Shown: in pieces, positions 10,964-24,696 of the stretch
Position numbering within the stretch: position 1 is the first letter of the stretch
How the letters are laid out: each line of letters begins with the position of its first letter
Assembly: GCA_001662655.1 (NCBI GenBank)
Contig: KV460230.1
Strand: one strand, 5' to 3'
Origin: Pseudogymnoascus verrucosus
Lineage: Eukaryota
DNA: 64,000 nucleotides
Position numbers and translations under genes: made by a program
Notes under the pieces: generated by a model
Seen by the model: the letters and a program-made list of their open reading frames with translations, nothing else
What the model was told of the DNA's origin: nothing
Database searches by the model: none

Positions 10964-12159
10964 GGCGATGTCGTTTGTGGGGTTGCTAGCTAGCTGGGGA
11001 TGGGGTGTTGTCCCGAGAGAGCTGGTGGAAGCATCAGAGTGTTTATGTCTCAGCCAGTGAGGTCTCTGTGAGAGGTTTGGTGGGGTTTGATCGATGGGGA
11101 TGATTCGAAGTGAAGTGGGAGGAGTTGTGTTGAGTAGCCACGAGGGTTACAACAGCTCGCTCGGGGTAGGAGAGGCTGAGGCTGAACTTCGGTCGCAACG
11201 TCGGTCGCAACTTCCCAGTTGTTATGGCGGATTATTAGCGCCTCGCGGTGCAGGAGTGTCCTTGGCCGCGGTTCTTCGATCTCTGTTGATATACTCTCTC
11301 TTTGTTTGTCTGTAGCCGCCGGGCTAAGGAAGGGTTTCGGGGATAGTACAATAGGACCCTAGGCCTATTGAATGCATGGCTGAGTGAACAGATGCCACGA
11401 TGAGGGGGGAGTTATAGACACGCCGTCTTGCTGTTTCTACAGCATAGTAGTTATGTTCATCCGAGGAAGAAATGAAGTAGTTTTTGTCGCATCGGAGGAA
11501 GAAGGAAGAGTTTATAGTAAGACGATCGATCTGACTCGCTGGTTGGTAGTGGGAGGAGGAAGCATAGCCAGTGAGCATCGCCAGTGACCACAAGCCAGTT
11601 GGTGGAAGTGAGAGTTACCGTGGTCGATTGTGATCAGGAGGTACTGGCAGCTGAAGTACCGCCTCAGCCAATGAGAGTGCGTATATACATGTCTTATATG
11701 TAGGTACGAAGGTACTCCAGAATCTTAGCTTGGGGGGGAGTGAGTGTGGTGTGCCTTGCGCTACTTTTTCTACGTTTGTTCTGCACCAACGAGTGCAATA
11801 TCCCCTTTCCCGTATACCGTATTAAATGTCTAATCATATCACGTGCCATTTCTAAAGGTGTCCCTCCCTACTAGGTCTTTATCGCTACCCGTACAAATCT
11901 CAGGACAGGACAGAGACACTTAATGAACGATGAACGAACGTCGATTCAATACTTTGTGCAATCTATATCCCGCTCTCTTATTCTTCCCCCCCTGTTATAC
12001 AGATTCTTATATCTGATATATTTTATCCTGCATCTCTCTTAAACAATCATATGAGAGTGTACCTCCTTCGTTCCTTCTTTTTAAAGCGCTCGTAAAACTC
12101 AAAGCCCTTGTCTTGGCTGTGCTTGTGGTGGTGACAATCCCCCTGGCTGGGGACGTCTG

Positions 12160-12317
12160 GTATGTACTACTCGTACTCGTCCGCTCGCGTCTGGCTTCAA
12201 TCTTCCCCCTCGAATCCCCCAAAAGGCCATTTTGCGCTCAGCTCAATCCACCATCACTCAGTACTCTCGGGCTGACACATGTTCAATGAATTGCAGATGA
12301 CAAGACGGCAGACGTAG
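12160..12317 (+). promoter_or_regulatory. 5'-UTR intron (12160-12296) followed directly by a 6-codon uORF (MTRRQT*, 12297-12317) in the MNN9 leader
   Basis: GTATGT donor, GCTGAC branch 12271, TTGCAG acceptor, ATG immediately after the acceptor; stop lies 22 nt before the main ATG, different frame. Confidence 0.55.
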
Positions 12318-12339
12318 GACACACCACGTTCACGACGCC

Positions 12340-13519
12340 ATGCGCTCTCTTCGTTTTCGACGCTTCAGTCCGCTGCCGACTCTGTTAGGGGCCGTTTTTT
12401 TAATAGCCATCATCGTTTTCCTCCTCTCTCCCTCCTCTAACGATTCCGCATCCTATAACTTCCGAAAAGCAAGCGCTGCGTCGAACCCCCTCTCACCGCC
12501 CACCTCGCCCTTCCGCAAGTCGGCCGGCAGCAAGAATGGAAAACGTATCCCTCCGCCCGTCATTCGCTACCAGCTCAACAATGTCACGACGACGAGCACC
12601 CCGATAGAGAACCGCGAGACTATCCTCATCCTCACCCCGCTGGCCCGCTTCTACCAGGGCTACTGGGACAATCTGCTCAAGCTGAGCTACCCACACGAAC
12701 TCATCACCCTCGGATTCATCATCCCAAAGAACCGTGAGGGCAACGCTGCCACGGCTGCGTTACAAGAACAGATCACGAAGACGCAGACCGCTGGGCCAGA
12801 ATCGAAGCGCTTCGCATCAATCATCATTGAGCGCCAAGACTTCCCACCACCATTGGCATCACAAGATGAAGCTGAGCGCCACAAGATGGAGAATCAGAAG
12901 GTCCGCCGGGCAGCTATGAGCAGGGCGAGAAACTCTCTCCTCTTCACTACCCTCGGCCCGTCTACCTCATGGGTCCTCTGGCTGGATGCAGATATCATTG
13001 AGACACCACCGTCTCTGATCCAAGACCTTGCGCTACACGACAAGCCGATCATCGTACCCAACTGCTTCCAGCGCTTCATCAACCCCGATACCAAGAAGCT
13101 CGATGAGCGCCCATACGACTACAACTCCTGGCAAGACAGCGAAACTGCGCAGAAGCTTGCCGCACAAATGGGCCCAGACGATATTCTACTTGAGGGGTAC
13201 TCAGAGATGCCAACATACAGAACGTTGATGGCCCGTCTATACGAAAAAGGGGGGGATATTAAGACGGAAATGCCACTTGACGGAGTAGGAGGCACGGCGT
13301 TGCTAGTGAAGGCGGACGTGCACAGAGATGGTGCTATGTTCCCGCCATTCGCATTTTACCACTTGATTGAGACGGAGGGGTTTGCGAAGATGGCCAGGCG
13401 ATTGGGCTGGTTTTCTTATGGATTGCCAAATTATAAGGTTCGTTCCCCCATACCATTCCCCCCCATTCTTCCGATTTGTATCTAACAGAGACCCCTAGAT
13501 TTATCACTACAACGAGTAA
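12340..13519 (+). CDS. MNN9: Mannan polymerase subunit Mnn9 (GT62/Anp1 family); exons 12340-13437, 13499-13519
   Basis: Type II TM anchor; ILILTPLARF, WVLWLDADI (DxD), YDYNSW, DGVGGT, IETEGFAKMA; the spliced end gives PNYK-IYHYNE*. Confidence 0.95.
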
Positions 13520-14012
13520 GGCAGTCGGTGACGCCTTCTTAATAACGTCCGACGACACTATTGATAGAGAAAAGAGAAGAAGGCGCTGAAGTCACGGGGT
13601 AATTGCGTTGGATCTGCTCCTGGCGTTTCTGTGTGCATGACATGGCATCCTATGGGAGGCATACATATATGGCTTACCGAGGCAGCCAACGATGACGGAG
13701 CTTGCATTTGTATTGTACATCATAGACTGGGATTGGATCTCAGGGGCTGCATGTGGGGGATGGCACGCTCTACATGTACAAAAAATGAATTGAATTTACT
13801 GTTTAGAATTTACACATGCCGGGATCTTCTATTCCTATTTCACACATGCATTATGGCGCAACTTCACGTCTTATTACGTGTGTATATCAGCAACATCAGT
13901 GTTTTCGATTCCCTATTTTTGAAAGAAGCTGCAAATGGGTATCTAGCTCTTTCCATTGTACCCTACACTCCCCCCAGCAAGCAAGCAAGCCATCACCCCC
14001 AATCACCCCACT

Positions 14013-15440
14013 TCAACCATCCAACTCCTTAACCCTCTCCTCCAACTCCCTCACCCACCCCTCCACCGTCTTCACATTCTCCCCCCCCACCCTCTCCCCC
14101 TCCCTCACCGCCTCCTCCACCCTCTCCAACCCAACCCTCCACTTCTCAATCTCCGCCCCCATCTCCTGCTGCCTCCTAAGCGCCTCCTCCATCTCCCCCT
14201 GCGCCCCGGCAGCATCAGCATGCACCTTCCTCAAACTCCTCATCCTCTCCAACACCCCCGGCAACAACGGCGCTAGCCCCTCGATCGTCGCCAACGTCCC
14301 GAACAACGCGTTTATCTTCGCCGCTTGCTCGTCATCCTCGTCTTTCTCCTCGTCCCCACCACCACCGGGTGTAGCCGCACGAGCAGCCTCTTTCACAGCA
14401 GTCATTTTCTCGGTCTCGGCGGTGAGTGCGCGCACGCGGCGCGAGAGAGCATCGATGCTCGAGGGGGTGGCGGAGCCGATCACAGAGAGCTTTTGGGAGA
14501 GGGTTGTTAGGGCAGGGAGGATGGGGTGGATGGCGTTTGAACCTGCGGGGGGGAGACCCAATGCGGATTCGAGAGATGCGAGACGGGTATCGAAGGTTGT
14601 GATGCGTGCGAGGGTATGTGTGGGGTCGTAGGACGGCGCGTAGGTCACTGTGTATGTCGCCGGCCCAGCACCATCGGTAGGCTGCTTGCTCGCCGGTTCT
14701 GATGTCGAAGCCGCCGCCTCAGCTGGGGGTAAAGGCTTGCTAAGCGCTTTCGAAAGTCTCGACGCCTTCCCCTCACCCCCCACCACCGGCCTCGCCAACT
14801 CCTCCAACAACCGACTCAACCCCACCGCCTCATCCTCCACCTCCCCCCCCTCATCGTCATCCTTCCCCTCCCTCCCCCTCCTCCTCTGCTCAGCCTCCAC
14901 CCTCACCTCCTCCACCTCCCTCCTCAACCTCGCCATCTTCCTCTCCAACCCCTCCCCATCCTCCTCATCACTCAGATCCCCCATCTCCCTCGTCCCATCG
15001 GCAAGAACCCGCACCCGCCGGCTGCTCGCCCGGTAACTCTTCTTCTTCCCGCTGATGCGGTCGCTGAAATCGACATCTTTGGCGTCGATGAGGGAGGGCT
15101 CGAAGCGCGAGCGCGCGGTGTCGGGGTGTAGCCTGGCGCGCGAGATTTGGGGGGAGTGCGAGGGCGTGCCGGGGGGGGAGTCGAAGTCAGTGTAGTGGGA
15201 GGAGGCGGAGCCGGAGCGTGCGGTGCCGTCCTGGGAGGGGTGGTTAGCTGGGGGTTAGGGGGGTGGAAGGGGGAGGGGGGGCGTACGGGGGCGGTGGAGT
15301 TGTCGTCTGTTAGGGAGGGGGTTTCGTAGATGTCTGGCGCGGAGTCCTGCGTGGTTTGTTAGAGGGGTTGGGTCAATGGAAAGGGTGGGAGAGGTAGTTA
15401 CCAGGTCGGGCAGAGCGGCATATTTCCTGTTGAGATTCAT
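14013..15440 (-). CDS. Dynactin subunit 2 (dynamitin/p50); exons 15440-15402, 15346-15287, 15230-14013
   Basis: Spliced N-terminus MNLNRKYAALPDL-DSAPDIYETP matches the dynamitin N-terminal motif; coiled coils; LPGVLERMRSLRKVH. Confidence 0.88.
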
Positions 15441-15966
15441 GGTGTGCTTGGTTTGGTTTGGAAGAGCTTGGAGGGCTGAGGTCTTTGAAGGAGCTTGGGG
15501 TTTGGGGTTGGGGAGCCGCGTGGGTTTAGCGACAACCGCGTTTATGCGGGTACCCCTGGACTACAGGGACTGGCGTGTTCTGGGTAATATGGCAGCTAAT
15601 AAGATCAAAACCAACATAAATATACAGGTCTTAATGTAATATTCCACTTTGACTATATGGATCCGGGTTTCGGTGTCTTGTGCAAGGCTTCTTATTTGAT
15701 TTTTATTTACGGTTTAATTTAATTTATAGCCATACTTCAAAAATATAAAATAGAAACAGCCGTAAAGCAAAGTTAATACAATTGCATTGCGCCGTCACGA
15801 GGAATATTGAGCTTAGAGCCCATCCCCACAACAACTGCGAGACTCCTAATGTCAAGCCCGGTGCTCTCGCACCGAAAGCACGTATATATTGGTACAAACC
15901 CACCAGCAAGTCAGAAGCTCCCACCCATCCACCCCATCCCATATATACGCCCCAAACCCATTCAAT

Positions 15967-18900
15967 CTACAATCCCCCCTCCCCATCACTCGGCTCCGAC
16001 TCCGCATATCCACTAACCCTCTTAGCCCTCCTATCCCTCTTCCCCTGACTCGACATCCTGATCTCCTCCTCCTCCTCCTTACTCGGCACACTCGGATGCT
16101 CCTTCTCATACGCCTTCCGGAACGCAATCGAATCCTCATCCCACACCCTGCAAAGCTCCTTATAATTCGCCAGCGCCGCCAGGTAAACCACCTTACCCTC
16201 GTTCGCGCGCTGCTTGTACGGATCCTTTTCCTCCTCCGATGCATCCTTCCACATCTTCCCTAGCATCGTGCGCACCTCGTTGGAAACGGGTCGGCCCTTC
16301 CCAGGACGCCGATTCGTATCGCATCGCTGGCGCGCGAGTTCGGCGTTGGCTTTGCTGAAGAGAACGTAGGGGTTTATGGTCAGCTTCTGGGGGGGAAGCG
16401 GGTATTGCCCGAATCTGGCGTAGATTGCAGTCCAGACCTCATTTTCATATGCTTGAAGACGAGCTTGTCTGAGGTCCTTGGGCTGGTTCTCTAGCTCTGT
16501 GGCCTTGCGTTTGAGGGTTGCGAGAGAGTCCTTGGGTAGGACGAGGGGCTCGGGAATGTCGATGGGACCGATCATGGATTCTAGGACTTCTGAGGCGACG
16601 CGAAGACCGGAGAGGTATGCGCCGTGGACTGTGGCGGGGTGGGTGCCGCAGGTGTGTTCTCCAGCGAAAAACAAGTTTCCAATGGGCTTTGCCATGACCT
16701 CGTAATCATCGAGTTGGAAATTCGGTCCCGTGTATGAGTAGCTCCCGCGAGCGAACTTATCTGAGCCCCATCGTGTAATGATAGCCTCCACTGGTTCCGG
16801 GACGGTCTCGCCAAAAACGCTTCGCAAGACCTGGGTGGCTTCGGCTACCAAAGATTGGTTGTCCTCCTTCTCAGTCTGGAACGCTGCATCGCCAGCCATC
16901 AGGGCGATGAGGGTGGGTACGCCGCTGGTTTTCGTGCAGTTAAACCACTGGAAGAAGCGGCCTCGCTTGGTAGAGTAGTCTGCCTGGTTCAAACTCGCAC
17001 GGTAGATGGGATCGCGGAGAACACCAAATATGTCTCTTGTAGTATCCCAGAATGGCTCTTTATAAACAAGGGCCACCTTGTTGAGGACCCCAAAGCCAAG
17101 TCGTTCGATCGCACCAGTCTTCCACTCGGGAAGGGCAGGCTCGAAATTGATACTCGAGTCCTTGAGAACTCCCAGCGGGATCGTGGAGACAACGATATCG
17201 GCCTCGACTGTCGAGCCATCCTCACAGTCAATAGTGGCAGCTCCAGACTGATCCGGTGAGTATGCGATCCGCTTAACCGCGCTTCGCTTCCGGACATTGA
17301 GAGGATATGGGCAATGCAGCAAGCCGCGCGGTACCTGCTGATAGCCGCCAACAATCTGGGTATGTTTGCCCTCCCACTCATTCCCAGCATCCACATCCCA
17401 TCCTCTCAGACTGAGCTCTTTAAGGTTGATAGCGTTGCTATACTCCAGATTGGCAATGTGCCAGTTCATAAGGCGCAGGTCGAGTGGTAAGAGATGAACC
17501 ACACTGCCGAACTGCTTGATTGCTGCGTCCACTACGGAACCTAATGTTGATCCCTCGCGATCAGCAGCCTCATCAAGGTCTAAATCTTTGCTATCCTCAA
17601 CCCCATCTTGTAATGTCCAGCCAATGAGGCGTGCTTTATACGCTGCCTTATGCACCGCCGGTCCTCCCGGTTCTTTGTGCGGCCTTCCAGTTATGCGGTC
17701 CGTAGAAACGGGGACCACGTCAACCGGAGACTTAGATAAGTGGCTGTTTTGCTCTGTCCCGCTTTCATCTGATAATACAACGTGTGATTTCGAAGCTTCT
17801 TCGTCTTCAGCCACAGCGATTGTCTTGCCAATATCCCCATGTGCATCGCGGTATGCGTCAACGAGGTCATGGTCGCCTTCTATGTTAACTACTTTAGGCA
17901 GCTTGAATTTATAGTCATAGAGTCGATCCAATATATCGTTGTAAAGCTTTTCGGCTAGGTGGTCTCGTGTCGGGTCAACAGGTTGCCCGTTGAAATCGTA
18001 CAACGTGGTTGTTGGACGCAGCGCATGATAGTCAAGTGCCAGCTGGCCTCTGACCAAAATGTTCAAGGGGTTGCCACGCTCAAAGCCTGTGATGATCATG
18101 CCGCCCATTTCTGCAGTGCAGCGGTATCCCTCTTCCAGCGTTGAGGCGGAGGTATCAGTCTTGAAACCACGTGAGTAGACGCGTCCTCCCACTCTGTCCC
18201 TCCCCTCTAATATAACAACATTTGGGACCTCTTCACCCTTTTCGAGAAAGCGGCTTTCGAAGTGTGCAAATAAACCTTCTAGCTGTCTAGCACAGCCCAA
18301 ACCGGACATCCCAGCTCCAATCACGGCAATTGTCTTGCGTGGTCGCTTTCCAGGGCGTTGTTTCGATGCTGGTACGCGGGGTTCGATATTGTCAAGACAT
18401 CCATAGTTGATGTAGCCTTGACGAACAAGCCACTCATAGCAGATGTTTGCTACGTCAAACCAGCGTGCATCCCTTGCACAGCCAATTGCCTCATCCTGCA
18501 GGACGCGGACTAGGGGATTCCTTATCCACAATCGGAGAATTGCATTTCGGATGTTCAGGTACGTCGTCACCTGGGTATGGCTGAGGTGTGTCCTTAGGAG
18601 TTCGTACTCCTCGGTATGTAGGGCATATGGATTAAGCCGTGATGATTCTGCCGCAGCAATACACTGACGCGCATATTCTGATATGTGAATGTCTATAGGT
18701 ATGGAAGATTTCGGGCGGACATCGTATTTGACTCGTTTCCTTGTCGGCTCTTGTGATAATTCATTCTTCTGAAGGCCATCATGATCAGACAATGCAGTTT
18801 GACTTGATATCGATGAAAGAGAAGATGAGCCATCAGGTGTTTCTGTTGCCATAGATGATGCCATTGAGGAGCGCGACTCATTCGACTTGGCATCTCCATC

Positions 18901-19310
18901 AGCACCTGACAAGGTTTGCAAATGTTTCGATGGCCTTGGCAAGAGTTAATGTTAATATTTCAATGCTCCAAGTCTTAGAAGACGCGTCATAAAAAGGTTA
19001 ATACATACAGTAGGTTGCCATTGGCTTTGAGGCTCCATGCTCCCGTGCTAGAAGGTAGCGCTGCATTATCACTCTTCGGGAAGGTTCTTGAGATATCGCT
19101 CTCTTCTAACTGAGCCATTGCCTTAGCATCCCCAACGCTAAGTGGAATATCCATTGTTATATCTGATGCCGTAGCAGCCAAGACCTCGGTAGACAGGTCT
19201 GCTGATTCTTCGAATATAGCCAGCTGAGAATCCAGCTCTTGTAGTCCCATTAAGGTATCCTGGCCAAAATCGTCGGTGAGCTGCACCTGAGCATCGATTG
19301 TGAGTGACAT
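15967..19310 (-). CDS. LSD1/KDM1-type FAD-dependent histone demethylase (SWIRM, amine oxidase, C-terminal HMG box); intron 19008-18935; true start may lie further upstream
   Basis: YLNIRNAILRLW and GYINYG (SWIRM); VIGAGMSGL, EGRDRVGGR, FAGEHT, ATVHGAYLSG; HMG-like LGKMWKDASEEEKDPY. Confidence 0.93.
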
Positions 19311-19961
19311 TCTTGACTGTTGGCTGTTTGAGCCCTTATTTAACGATGGGGTGCAAGGGCCGCTTTTTGACGACGTCGTCTTCGTTCGGGATATGTGGAT
19401 TTTGCCGTACTACAGGACACTCCTCTCATTTATAACCTCATCCATGAAATATCGCCTAGGCTGACATCGGATATATTGCAAAGCTAATTACCCGTTGACT
19501 TCCTGTATATTTGTTAGCAAACGGTCTAGGTCAGTCTAATATCACGATATATATACCAATTCATTGGGTGGCCTGCTTGTCGCAAGTTCGTATATGTCTC
19601 CCTAACCCCAGAACCAAGGTCGGTATTATCGGCTGCGGCAATTAGAAAGTACTCGGTTTGTATCATACAATTGCACTATTATAAAGAGAGATAATGCTAG
19701 GGCTGCGTCGGCTGACTTGGAGATACGGCGCTCTTATATTCATATGGAGATGAGGAGAATTATGGCTCTTACGGGAACTGGTTCATCCCATGCACGTGAT
19801 CACTAGTGCCCTTACCGAGACCTCGATTCAACGTCAGGTCATCCATGAGCCAGCGAAATTATCATTTACTCGGCCAATGTAGTTTATTTGTCGTATTGGA
19901 TATCGTCTACGCTAATGTGCACAATAATATGATTCTGCCTTCATTCTAAATACGACCAGTT

Positions 19962-22105
19962 TCAACTCTGGCTAGCAGCGTTCGCAAAATCTCCCTTCTC
20001 AATCGCAGTATCCATCATCCTGTTTCCGTTTATGATCGAGGTCGTACAGATGATTATATTCTTCCGTTCTATGCGCTGTTAGCCAGTGTAACCTGATGTT
20101 AAAGCACTTATCCTTACCTTCTTCCTTCTTGGCGATGAACCTCAACGCCGCGATCTCAGTATATGTTATGCCACCCAAGAAGACAATAATAACAGTCTTT
20201 CTCTCGCCACTGTTCGTCAATAGTGATCTTGCCTTCACGGCTTTGTCTTCTCCCTTCTGTATCTCATCAAATGTTGCACCTCTTGCATGCTTTACAGCCT
20301 CATCAAACCCTCTCCAGCCTTGCCCGCCACCGCCGCCAGCGTTGGCGTTGGCATTGCCGGGGGCGGCGGAACCGCGAGTGAATGATAACAGGTATTGCTT
20401 TTGGAGTATGCATTGAACAAGTCGGACAGATAAGGGTGCGTAGCCACTGTACACATACGCGATATCGTTTGGATCTTGTTCGTTGACCTCGTCAACGATG
20501 AGACGTAGTTGCTTTCGCAGAAAGGTGTAGTTCGTTTTGGTTCCAGTGCTGACACCGGTTCCAGGCATCGGGATCATTAGGGCTGTAGGGGAAGAGCGTG
20601 ACAACAGCAGGTGGAGTTTCTCGAGCGCGTCCAACGTCAGGATATGCTGGTACCCGTACGCTTGGAGTATGAGGCGCTTGAAGTTCTCCAGCTCCTTCGG
20701 CTTAATCCCTCCGGAAATACAAGACTCGAGGCAAAGGAGTCGAAGAATCTCGGTAAGAGGGGCATCGCGAGAAATCAATTCCTCGATCGCCTCGTGTTGT
20801 GATGACGGATCTGCGCCGGCCGCCAGATTTTGTTGGATTTCTAGCAGTTGACTAAACTGAGTTGTCCGGGTATGTTTCATTATCTCTTCGGCAAGACCGG
20901 TGTGGATCTTCAGGCTTTGCTGTTCAGCTTGGTAGCCTTTGAGATTGTTCACAAACTCTCGCAGTTCTGCCGTGGTCTTGTTCCCATGTCTGCTATCGTA
21001 GTCGTTTTTTAATCGTCGAGCCACTTTGTTAAGTAAACCACCGACTACTGCAAAATTCGTATCTCGTAATGGAACATAGAGCTTGTCGGATGAATCGAGC
21101 TGGATCTTCCGTGTTTTCCCCTGTGGTACTGACGTGCCGATACTCTTTGCCGACCCTTGAGCCGGTTGAGGAGCTGCACCAACGATCGAGGAATCTATTT
21201 CGGCCTGGTTGTTCTGTATCCCAACAACTTCGTCTATCAAGCCTTCATATGTAAGCTGGGTGAGCAATGGCGTTGCGTAGTCTACCTCCCGATCGATGAC
21301 AATTAAGCTTTCGATTGTAGTACTTGGGCTCATTGTAAATTTATTGTCGTTGCCCTCTTCTCCAGCAATAGCTTCCTGCCTCATTCGAGTTAGGAGATCT
21401 GCTAACCGCTTCGCATTGTCGCCCTTGCCAGTAATTCTTGGGAAAAGGCCATGATTCTGTTGTATCAGCATGAGCGCCTTGGCCATGAGAAATGTCGGCG
21501 TTGGGTCTTTTCTGAGATACAAGTCGCCGAAGGAGTCATTGAGTTCTAAAGACAAGAGATCCTTCTCGAGGGATACGAAGTATAGTGGCAGTTCGAAAAT
21601 GTTCACATCCCCCAAGACGCCCGCATCCTCTAGGATCTTATCGGATACCAGTGTTCGGCGAGGTACCCAGAATATAGAAAACTCATGACCTGTCTGCGTT
21701 TCACGCTGGATGCGTTTGATGTGATCTAGAAAAGTTTAATATCACGGGAGTCTGGCATGGACAGTACCGTAACGTACATACCCGCAATCACCTTGGTGTT
21801 CCTCGCACTCTCTCCCCTGGCAATGAATACCACATTCTGCTGGCTTGTGTCTGCATTTCCGTTCTCCAAGAAGAAAACCTTGTCGACTCCATAGTCTTGT
21901 AAAGTTGAGAACTTCACAAACAAGCCAATGGGCCCGGCGAGGTCTCGCTCTAAGACAAGGTTCTTCTTGCCTCGTACCTGTCGAGGGTTAGCACGGCTAG
22001 CATCGTGATCTTGCTGGGTTTACTTACACCCTCAAGCAGCGCCAACAAGTCCCGTCGAGACTTATCGGCGATCGCATCAACGGAGAACCCAGCATGAAGA
22101 GCCAT
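19962..22105 (-). CDS. VPS33: Vps33 (Sec1/Munc18 family, HOPS/CORVET subunit), multi-exon
   Basis: IDREVDYATPLLTQLTYEGLIDE, DIAYVYSGYAPLSVRLVQ, FLGGITYTEIAALRF; upstream exons encode LLALLEG-VRGKKNLVL and LQDYGVDKVFFLEN; last exon IIICTTSIING...SQS*. Confidence 0.95.
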
Positions 22106-24696
22106 GGTGAGCTCTACATACGGATTGTCGGATACGGTGTGTTTGAGGGCCAGTCGCAGCCTCGTGGAGCTAGGACGTAACCTACGTGACGTGAAAGGCG
22201 GGGTTGGATTAACGATATTCCGTCCCTTTAGACACAGAGGTCTTGGCACCCGCGATGTTTCAACCAGGCTACCAATCTAATCAATTCTCCATAACTTTAC
22301 TGTTGTGCTACCTTACTGAAATTGAGATCTGCTCCATATGAGATCTCCATTAATTGAACGATTTGCACTGCAACTAGAAATAGAGTACCACGTATACGGC
22401 ATATAGATCGTATGGGAGGAGTAGCTTGATAGGATACTGGTTTTATGGTTCGTTTGCCACTTCATCCCCAGTTGTTTCATCCTCCACAATCAAAAAAGGC
22501 TGAGTTTTGCCCAGCTGAGCCGAAGTACGTGGTGGTAATTTCGTCATACCGTAATCTCCAAAATTGGTGTACTTGTCATCGCTCCACTCGCTCTCTCCAC
22601 TGTCGCTCATCTGCCGCAGATCTCGACCATCTTTATCTCGGGCGAATGTGAGAGGCAAAACTGTTCGTGCGGCGTTGCCTTATTTCAATGGGGAAGAGAT
22701 TGACGAGGAACGGATCACTTTTCCCCATCCTTAACCCCATCCTCATATTAGAGTAGCGCTGGATTGGTGTTAGCGGGGGTGTTCACGGTGTTCACGGTGT
22801 TATTAAAGTAGATTTGGGGGTATTAAGTACTCACAGATTATAGCCCACCTTCCGTGTATTACACTTGTCAGTATGCATGTATGCACTTTCGAAATTTAAA
22901 TCTTTTCTTGCGCTGAAATGAGACACGTATACACGACTCTGTTGAAGGAAATGACGGCTAAGCATCCGCAAATTGGGAAGTTAATGGGATGCGTGGTAAA
23001 TTGAGCGTTGGGCGGACGGAAACAGTTTAGCGTCAGCCACTTGAACATGCTATAGCGTGGGTTTTTGACGCTAAGCTGGTCCTAACCTCCACCAAACCTG
23101 CACACCACAATTCGAACTTCCAATTACTCCGCCTGCCAAGTGCTTCCTACCTTGCCCAATATGGGCTAGTGGATTAAGGTATAGCCAATCTAATCTTGTT
23201 CCCTCCCCCTCGACAGGGCCTTTTCAGGTACATCAAAGTTGTAGAAGTTGTAGAAGTTGTAGATACGAGGCGATCCTGCAAGAGTACGGAGGTAGAAGCA
23301 GTAGTGGAGTCTTCTAAATGTACCTCTGCCTTGCGTGGCGTTTGTATGCATTTGGATGTACTTCTAGTGTTCACTTCTAACACAGATACAGTCTGATGGA
23401 CAATTACTCGCACATAGGAAACTACAGGCACTGACTGGACTGACGGGACTCTGAGTTATCGTGATCCTTACTGCCTTTCTCCCTATAGTACCGCCGACCT
23501 TGCTCCCCGGAGAGTCTATTAAACAGGTAAAATAGACAAAGTTCGGCTCTGCACGGATCATATTATAGTAGTATGTGTTGTTTATTATGTCTGTGTGTAT
23601 GTATGTTATGTTATGTTGAATCTCTATGTATAGAGTAGTAATACGAGTATTCTTGCGTGCTGAGGTTATCCGCCGGCCCCCTTCATCCCGCATCTCATCC
23701 CTCATCTCAGCCCGTCTCAAACATCGAATTTCTGCCTGTGTTCGGACACGCCGTGTGAGAATACGCCCACTTTCCTCAATTAGAGCATATGTTGTGCGGT
23801 ACAGTCAGTATTGCCGTATGGTACCGTACTTATCTTATTCTGCTACCGCTTGTAATACTGGTAATACTGGTAGTACTGGTGATATAGAGTACATAGCACT
23901 ATACTTTACGTCTCCTCCGTCTCCTCCGTCTCCTCCCCCCCACGCTACTAGTTACTCTTACCCTTTCGATCGTAGATGTAGCGTGGGAGTGTGGTGGTGT
24001 GTGGACTGACTGGTATAGTAGCAGTGGACTACGCCTATACTCTCTTTCCCTCTTCCTTCTCACTGTAGCGTCGTACCCGTACCTTTACCTCTTTCTCCGC
24101 ACCCAATCCACGACCACCAAACAACAACACAAACAATCTTACCTCGATTCTCGAGATCCGAAACCTCCAAACTTCACCTCACTTTTACAATCTCCGACTT
24201 CTTTCCATCAACAACTCCCGTCTATCACGACGCTCTTCTCTGGTCCAACGGGACCGTCCGCTCCTTTACATCTCTCCGTTTGTTCGCACAGCGAACCTAC
24301 CAAATTCACCAGCATTCCACCTTCGCACCGAAAGGACCTTCGCATCAAAGATTCGCGCTCTTGAGACACCGGCATTGACGACGTCTCTACGGAGCCTTAC
24401 AAAGCTTCAGGTAAGAACTTGAATCTTATGCATACCGACCGTCCAATGCCCATCTGTTATTATAAGCTTGAAAAGCAATCTATGTTCCGGCACTGACAGT
24501 TGTTTAGTTTGTCTCCGGGTATTCGGTCCCTGCTCAACTTCCAACACCAACGATCAAGGATATCGAACTGCACTTCCAGCGACAACATACCCACAGAATA
24601 CCTCAGCAATTACGACTCCATTCAACATTCTCGGGAACCTAATGATATCATCTTAGCTGTAGTGCATACTTTGGCCGCCGTGCGGCTGTGAGAAGC

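Noticed and set aside
22443..22658. 71-aa minus-strand ORF with protein-like composition
   Set aside because: Non-ATG start, no clear splice partners and no recognisable homology; cannot support as a gene.
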